From a virus (taxonomy: Duplodnaviria > Heunggongvirae > Uroviricota > Caudoviricetes): 64,000 nt of DNA. The notes below the pieces were generated by a model. The model saw only the letters and a program-made list of their open reading frames with translations. It searched no databases and was not told where the DNA came from. The DNA lies in IMG/VR virus record IMGVR_UViG_2703718819_000006; one strand, 5' to 3'. The stretch's first letter is position 1. Each line of letters opens with the position of its first letter. The translations under genes were made by a program, and so were the position numbers. Below are positions 58,522 to 64,000 of the stretch, in pieces.

Positions 58522-59577
58522 ATGAGCGAAAACGGCAATAAAAACATAGCGATCGTTGAAGCATTTTCAGAAACAGATAAAAAGACAGGCGAAGTTGTTA
58601 CGTTGGTTCCTAACACTAATAACACTGTTCAGCCTGTTGCTTTGATGCGTCTGGGCCTCTTCGTTCCGACGCTGAAATCGACATCCAGAGGAAGAAAGGG
58701 GCAAATGGTCTCTATGGATGCCTCTGCTGAACTCAAACAGCTGTCTCTGGCAAAAGCCGAAGGGTACGAAGACATAAGGATCTCTGGCCTTCGGCTTGAT
58801 ATGGATAACGACTTTAAAACGTGGGTGGGAATAATCCACGCGTTTGCCAAACACAAGGTCGTTGGCGATACTGTCACGTTGCCGTTCGTTGAGTTTGTAA
58901 GGCTGTGTGGCATTCCGACCGCCAGGTCATCAGCGAAGTTACGCAAACGCCTGGACAGTTCGCTAAGCCGTATTGCCACAAACACCATCTCGTTCCGTAG
59001 CAAAGGCTCTGATGAGTTTTACGTAACGCATCTTGTGCAAACGGCAAAATATAGTGTCAAGCACGATACGGTCGAACTGAAAGCAGATCCCAAGATTTTC
59101 GAACTCTACCAGTTCGACAAAAAGGTTCTTCTGCAACTCCGGGCTATAAACGAACTCTCAAGAAAAGAATCCGCTCAGGCGCTTTATACTTTTATTGAAA
59201 GTTTGCCGCCTGATCCGGCACCAATATCACTAGCCCGTTTACGCGCCAGACTTAATCTGACAAGTCGCACTATTACTCAGAATGCGACGGTAAGAAAGGC
59301 TATGGAACAGCTGCGAGAGATAGGATATCTCGATTACACGGAAGTTAAGCGCGGAAACTCGGTCTACTTCGTCATCCACTATAGGCGGCCAAAGTTACGC
59401 CAGGCACAAATATCAACAAAAATCGATAATGATGAGACGGAATATAGCCTCCCAGATGAGAATCAAGATGACATTATCGACGTTGTGCCTGACGAAAAAG
59501 AAGGCAAAATGGTCATGTTGAGTAAAGAAGAACTGGCACTTCTCGAAGAGTTGCGCAAGGCAAAGACTCGCAAATAG
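58522..59577 (+). CDS. iteron-binding replication initiator (Rep)
   Basis: 351 aa plus-strand ORF flanked on both sides by iteron arrays with DnaA box and AT-rich tract; assignment by architecture. Confidence 0.6.
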   Translation: MSENGNKNIAIVEAFSETDKKTGEVVTLVPNTNNTVQPVALMRLGLFVPTLKSTSRGRKGQMVSMDASAELKQLSLAKAEGYEDIRISGLRLDMDNDFKTWVGIIHAFAKHKVVGDTVTLPFVEFVRLCGIPTARSSAKLRKRLDSSLSRIATNTISFRSKGSDEFYVTHLVQTAKYSVKHDTVELKADPKIFELYQFDKKVLLQLRAINELSRKESAQALYTFIESLPPDPAPISLARLRARLNLTSRTITQNATVRKAMEQLREIGYLDYTEVKRGNSVYFVIHYRRPKLRQAQISTKIDNDETEYSLPDENQDDIIDVVPDEKEGKMVMLSKEELALLEELRKAKTRK

Positions 59578-59579
59578 CC

Positions 59580-60060
59580 CAACCACTGTAGTTAGTAGTA
59601 AGGCTCACTATCCACTGTAGTGAGCCTTACTTATATCTGTAATTCGCTATCCACTATAGTGAGTATCGTTATCTGTTGATAACCACTGTAGGCAGTAGAA
59701 TGCAAATACTGAATTAAATGTTAGTGATCACTAACACTGATGAAACAAGGGCTGCGAGGTTAGTGGTCACTGGGTATCTTGGAAAATTTACTGTCTATAG
59801 TGGTTGTTGTCGCCCTCATCTTTGAGCGTATCCACTGTGGCGAGTGGATATCCACTGAAAACAGCAAAGGCTTACTCACCATAGTGGATACCCGCTGGAC
59901 ATCTCACTCCAATACTCACCATAGTGGTTGTTTGATGCGAATGAAAGGCTGTCTACTCGCTACAGTGGTTAGCAGATATGTAGGAAGGTTTTGTTACTGA
60001 CTACAGTGGATAATGAGCTGGATACGAATGCGGTGAGCAGACTACTCACCGCAGTGGTTG
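59580..60060. repeat. downstream iteron-like cluster (CCACTGTAG / CCACTATAG cores in both orientations, at least 10 units)
   Basis: Seen in sequence; includes palindrome TAAGGCTCACTATCCACTGTAGTGAGCCTTA at 59600-59630. Confidence 0.65.
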
Positions 60061-60278
60061 GTGCTATTAGTGTATTTTCTTCAACAGACCCCAAAGTGTT
60101 CAGGCTTTTGTAGTCAGTTTTCCTGTTTCTGGATCGTACATACGCCATTCACGCCGCTGGTGGACGATATACCCATCTTCACGTTCCAGACGCTCAAGAA
60201 TGCCAGGCTGCTTGAAACCCTTAGCACGCCAGTAGCCGCTTGTTTTCTCGATTTCCAGACCTGCCAGTGTTAATGCCA

Positions 60279-60614
60279 TTATCCAACCTCCTTGCAGTCA
60301 TCGAAAAGGTAGCTTTGCTGAGAAGCGTGAACGCCATAGAAGCCCTTGTATTTGTTGTATACGAAGTGGTCTTCTCCGACGCCGGTTAATTTGCCATTAC
60401 GGTTTGTGAGATATGGGGATGACAACACTCGATCGTCACGCACAACATAGAACTGGTCGCCGCTGTCTACGACCATCGCTCCATATGGTGCTTTTATGAC
60501 GTCGGTAAGAGCGCCATTCTTAACGTCGGCTACAGACATTTCACACTGATAAACAGTGGTGTCGGCCACAACGATCGAAGAAAGGAACAACAGCGCAAAT
60601 GGGATGGCCTTCAT
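60279..60614 (-). CDS. small secreted protein
   Basis: 111 aa with N-terminal signal-peptide-like segment. Confidence 0.4.
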   Translation of the reverse strand: MKAIPFALLFLSSIVVADTTVYQCEMSVADVKNGALTDVIKAPYGAMVVDSGDQFYVVRDDRVLSSPYLTNRNGKLTGVGEDHFVYNKYKGFYGVHASQQSYLFDDCKEVG

Positions 60615-60790
60615 GCTGCCACCTCTTTGATTACATCAAATGCTGAATTAAATACGAGCACGATAGCCAAAGCGTTTATGACTACGTCGTTCACCGGGGA
60701 AAAGACTTTACGAATGACACCAGTGAAAATGCAGTCGATGACAAAAGCTATTGACACGATGAGTAACAAGTATTCAATAAAAATCTTCAT
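60611..60790 (-). CDS. small hydrophobic membrane protein (59 aa)
   Basis: Own translation MKIFIEYLLLIVSIAFVIDCIFTGV...; ATGA stop/start overlap with downstream gene; below ORF-track cutoff. Confidence 0.3.
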   Translation of the reverse strand: MKIFIEYLLLIVSIAFVIDCIFTGVIRKVFSPVNDVVINALAIVLVFNSAFDVIKEVAA

Positions 60791-60829
60791 GATAGGTAGA
60801 TACTAACTTATATAAATTTTACTGTAAAC

Positions 60830-61105
60830 TCACTCAAAAGTGCTGATGCTTAAAATACGCTCAAGATGTGCGGCATCTTCATCACTGATTTGTTGAGTCT
60901 CTTCTACGTACCAACAGTTGCCGTTATGCCAACAAACACCATCATCATCAACCATCACTGAATCAGCGTCATGACCTGTATATTCAACGAGAATACGCTG
61001 GATCAGTGCGTCAGTTTCTTCGTCGTTAAGGCCATCGGCTTTGACCATAAAAAGCGGAAACACGTCATAGACAGTGCTGGTAACGATTCGAACTAAAACT
61101 CTCAT
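60830..61105 (-). CDS. hypothetical acidic protein
   Basis: 91 aa. Confidence 0.35.
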   Translation of the reverse strand: MRVLVRIVTSTVYDVFPLFMVKADGLNDEETDALIQRILVEYTGHDADSVMVDDDGVCWHNGNCWYVEETQQISDEDAAHLERILSISTFE

Positions 61106-61160
61106 GTGTTTTTCCTTTTGTGGTTAGTGTTTACTTATTTTGTTAGTTATGAATAGGCGA

Positions 61161-61586
61161 TCAATCATCTTGTTTAGGGAAAAACTGTTCAATAACTCTG
61201 TCAACGGCTGTGTCTATATGGAGTAGATGCCACACAACCATATCTTTGCTCCCCATGCCTTGTGTGAATATCACGTCATACTTACGCCATGCGCAGTGGA
61301 ACCAATATGCTGAGTCATCAATTGGTAAATCCTCTCCCGCCTCTTTGAAGTATTTCAGCAGCATTGCTTGCTCTGCCGTTGGCGTTGGACCTATTTCCTG
61401 AGCGTACATACGGATAAATCGCTGCCAGTCTGTCTCGTCGGTGGTCGGATCTGGTGGATTCATTTCGGCGATAGCGTTTCGTAGCTGATGCGCCCAATCA
61501 GGTTCAGGAAAGCCTTTTGATACTTCATCATCAATAACATCCAGAGCCGCGTTTGCGGCATCGTAGAGTTTCTTAATTGCTGCCAT
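61161..61586 (-). CDS. hypothetical protein
   Basis: 141 aa. Confidence 0.4.
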   Translation of the reverse strand: MAAIKKLYDAANAALDVIDDEVSKGFPEPDWAHQLRNAIAEMNPPDPTTDETDWQRFIRMYAQEIGPTPTAEQAMLLKYFKEAGEDLPIDDSAYWFHCAWRKYDVIFTQGMGSKDMVVWHLLHIDTAVDRVIEQFFPKQDD

Positions 61587-61647
61587 GTTTACTTCTCCTT
61601 ATAAATAGGAAAATAATCACCTTTGAAAAAATAAAGCAAAGATATAT

Positions 61648-62037
61648 TCACTCCGATACAAGACGTTTATATGCTTCGATGTCTCGACGTGCTTCACCGA
61701 GTTTTCTTCTTAGGTCCATATTTTCTGATTCAAGTTTTTCAATGTTTTTTTGGTATCGGCCACGATGTTCTTCCCAGGCATCCTGATATGCCTTCATATA
61801 TGTCGTATTAGCCTTTCTTTTTGCCTGACGAACCGCGTGGTGATTTTCTACAAACCAGTCAGGGTCGTTAAATGCTGCTCTTGCGCATTTATACCAATAA
61901 TCGGTTGACTCTCTGTTTAACCAATGAATGGTGATAAATGGTAATCGAATAGACAGAATTTTTCGTTTGGAATCTCGCTCACCAAACATATGCCCTTTTT
62001 TTATCTTTAAACCGAACCCAGGTTGAATTAAAAGCAT
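61648..62037 (-). CDS. hypothetical protein
   Basis: 129 aa. Confidence 0.4.
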   Translation of the reverse strand: MLLIQPGFGLKIKKGHMFGERDSKRKILSIRLPFITIHWLNRESTDYWYKCARAAFNDPDWFVENHHAVRQAKRKANTTYMKAYQDAWEEHRGRYQKNIEKLESENMDLRRKLGEARRDIEAYKRLVSE

Positions 62038-62057
62038 TGTCAGTACCTCAGATGCAT

Positions 62058-62798
62058 TTATGGCAGTAATTCTTTACCGCTTTCCATTTTGGTGATAGAG
62101 ACAGTAGGATCATCGTTAATGCATGATTCTGTGCCTAATGCTGCTAACCCTTTACGCATAACCGTGCCCGCAACATACGCCTCAATCTCCGCCTTTCCAG
62201 ATGAGACAATTTCATCCATTTGTTCCTGCATTAATTCGGTAGCAAAGCACAGATTTTCAGGAAGGTTAGCTACAGCAGATGCTAGTTTTCTATATAGTTC
62301 TTCAAGGTCACGTTTTCCAGCTCTTCCTTTTTTCACAAGTTCACCTAGCTCTGAAACTTGCTGATTAAGTCGATCAATCTCACTATTCGTAGCGGCCTTT
62401 ATTTGATCGTTGAATTTTTGCCGAATACTTTTTTGCTCGGCAATATCATGAACTCTAATTGAGTCTCCAATGGTTTTATATGAAATAGTGCATGGCACAC
62501 CTTCGCCCACTCCAAAACTGCTAACCATAGCAGCCCATTGTGCCTGGCTAAGTCTAATTTCAACTAAAGGCCGTCTATTGCAACTTCTTTGTGGGCGGGT
62601 TCGTTCATTGTCTAAGGACAGTTCCGCCTCGTAAACGCCTATTTCAATATAGTCTCTATGTTCCAGTTCTGAATCAAATAGGCGAATGCCAGTTGTGCTA
62701 ACACGGCTTGTTTTCACAAGACCGAACGCTGGATGTGTTTGAATTTTTTCCCCATGTTTATTAAGGGTCGTTTTTGGTTCTTCAATTTTTCTTTTCAC
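62058..62798 (-). CDS. hypothetical protein
   Basis: 246 aa. Confidence 0.4.
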   Translation of the reverse strand: MKRKIEEPKTTLNKHGEKIQTHPAFGLVKTSRVSTTGIRLFDSELEHRDYIEIGVYEAELSLDNERTRPQRSCNRRPLVEIRLSQAQWAAMVSSFGVGEGVPCTISYKTIGDSIRVHDIAEQKSIRQKFNDQIKAATNSEIDRLNQQVSELGELVKKGRAGKRDLEELYRKLASAVANLPENLCFATELMQEQMDEIVSSGKAEIEAYVAGTVMRKGLAALGTESCINDDPTVSITKMESGKELLP

Positions 62799-62844
62799 CT
62801 TATTAACCTCTATGCTTCATGCGTAAAGCTAAATGACAATTTTT

Positions 62845-63669
62845 TTAATATCCGGCGTATTCGTATTCTTCATTTAGACCGTATTCTTGTGGAGTGATAC
62901 CAGGACAACATAACTCAAAGGCGAACTTGCGCCATTTGATTTTTTCTTCTGACGATTGTTTGTTATTCGCCGGTGCAATGTAGTCATATTCCCATTTGCC
63001 GTTGCGAAGTAAAATGAATCCGCAGTTATTGCCGAAGTCTTCGTCTGCATAACGTATTACAAACTCAAGGTGCGGGAACTTTCTAGCCATCGCTTGATAA
63101 ATTGGTTTTGGCATAGACCAGGCTGTTTCAAAGCGAATCACCAACTCACCACCAGTTGCGGCATGTCTTGCAAGACGTTTTTTATAGATTCGTTTTGCAT
63201 ATGCTCGAACGTGTGTATGGCGGAAATTATGGCCGTACTTAATACGTGTAGGGATACGTTTTACGGGCATTTCGATGTTGTAGGCATTCCATTTTGTTCC
63301 CCAATTAGCTCGCGACCAGTCAAACCATGAGTAATAGCCATAGCGACGATAATTCTCAAGCCGCATAAGAGCCTGCTCTTTGATTTTGCGAATTTCCTTG
63401 CGTGTCATTCCTGATTCACGCATAGCTAATTCGATCTGTTCTGGAGTCTTTAATTCACCGAACATGTGGTCGTAAACTGTTTCGCCCGCCATTGCAGAGG
63501 CCATGCGCCTGATATGATTGTTTTCTTCCATTTCTATACTTTTCGGACGTCTGCAAATGGTATTAAAGTCAATTAGACCTTTTTTGTTAGTTATGGCACG
63601 TATGAAATCTAAGCGTTGTTTATTTGTACCACCTATGACTCGGATTTCGTTTGTAATGTGGTTGGGCAT
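62845..63669 (-). CDS. hypothetical protein (Trp-rich motif SWFDWSRANWGTKW)
   Basis: 274 aa; family-1 motif upstream. Confidence 0.4.
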   Translation of the reverse strand: MPNHITNEIRVIGGTNKQRLDFIRAITNKKGLIDFNTICRRPKSIEMEENNHIRRMASAMAGETVYDHMFGELKTPEQIELAMRESGMTRKEIRKIKEQALMRLENYRRYGYYSWFDWSRANWGTKWNAYNIEMPVKRIPTRIKYGHNFRHTHVRAYAKRIYKKRLARHAATGGELVIRFETAWSMPKPIYQAMARKFPHLEFVIRYADEDFGNNCGFILLRNGKWEYDYIAPANNKQSSEEKIKWRKFAFELCCPGITPQEYGLNEEYEYAGY

Positions 63670-63686
63670 AATTAACTTAACCTTTT

Positions 63687-63701
63687 AACAAATTGTTTTC
63701 T
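63687..63701. promoter_or_regulatory. family-1 motif AACAAATTGTTTTCT
   Basis: Upstream of 63669 start. Confidence 0.5.
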
Positions 63702-63764
63702 TGTGTGTGATAATAACGAGAATAAAACGGCGTCCAACTGGACGCCTGATCTTCTTAATGAGAG

Positions 63765-64000
63765 TTATTTCACTGTAATGAAAGGAGTGTTAGCCCCTTG
63801 AGTCATGTACTGCGGTAACTGGCCATTCCATTTATTGATGGCTTCCAGCTCCATAACGTTCGGGTTTTGACGCAGAGCTTCACCGCGCAGACGAATGGCG
63901 TCGGCTTCTGCTTGCGCACGAGCACGGATAGCATCAGCTTCACCATTAGCCTGTTCACGTAGCATATTCGCCTCAGCTTTACGCTGTTCAACTTCCTGCT
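63765..64000 (-). CDS. C-terminal part of a longer protein, possibly SPFH/band-7-like (5' end beyond window)
   Basis: Ala/Glu/Arg-rich C-terminus (EADAIRARAQAEADAIRLRGEA...NPNV) resembles HflC/K-type tails; frame probably continues past 64000. Confidence 0.25.
   Translation of the reverse strand, partial: QEVEQRKAEANMLREQANGEADAIRARAQAEADAIRLRGEALRQNPNVMELEAINKWNGQLPQYMTQGANTPFITVK

Noticed and set aside
57866-60000. ORFs 57866..58087, 58322..58564, 58567..58854, 58629..59003 and 59779..60000 around the rep gene
   Set aside because: They overlap iteron arrays or are antisense to rep; repeat-derived reading frames.
1-64000. Assignment to a named phage group (T5-like because of DHFR/TS/NrdAB/SbcCD; or SSU5/pHCM2-like phage-plasmid)
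   Set aside because: Structural proteins are far smaller than T5's. The iteron replicon plus UmuD'-like gene fit a phage-plasmid better, but without a database search I cannot name the lineage, so this is left as a resemblance only.

Overview
The window looks like a segment of a temperate siphovirus-type phage or phage-plasmid from an enterobacterial host, with a ~3.4 kb block of host housekeeping genes embedded in it. Nearly all genes are on the minus strand. All calls rest on reading the six-frame translations and the DNA by eye; no database search was possible. Layout: (1) 1-11.9 kb, morphogenesis module: tape-measure protein (partial), tail chaperone pair with probable -1 frameshift, major tail protein, connector genes, Ig-like decoration protein, major capsid, scaffold, portal, TerL, TerS. 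(2) 12.4-17.2 kb: a tightly overlapping five-gene operon (two ParB-like proteins, a minimal ABC-type ATPase, two unknowns) facing a divergent SF2 helicase. This is the best candidate for an undescribed system. (3) 17.2-20.3 kb: AT-rich plus-strand accessory cassette with its own promoter and terminators. (4) 20.3-25 kb: repeat-dense, largely non-coding DNA with three direct-repeat families and a strongly GT-skewed stretch. (5) 26.2-29.6 kb: metG and apbC/mrp, bounded within a few bp of their terminators. (6) 29.6-57 kb: early/replication/nucleotide-metabolism genes (UmuD'-like, HD-domain alarmone-hydrolase-like, two N6-adenine methyltransferases, TerB-like, RNase H, DnaQ-like exonuclease, P-loop kinase, DHFR, thymidylate synthase, MazG-like, NrdB, NrdA, RuvC-like, SbcC, SbcD). 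(7) 57.8-60.1 kb: iteron-type Rep replicon with a consensus DnaA box. Two recurrent palindromic motif families sit just upstream of most gene starts. No rRNA, tRNA or CRISPR array was recognised.
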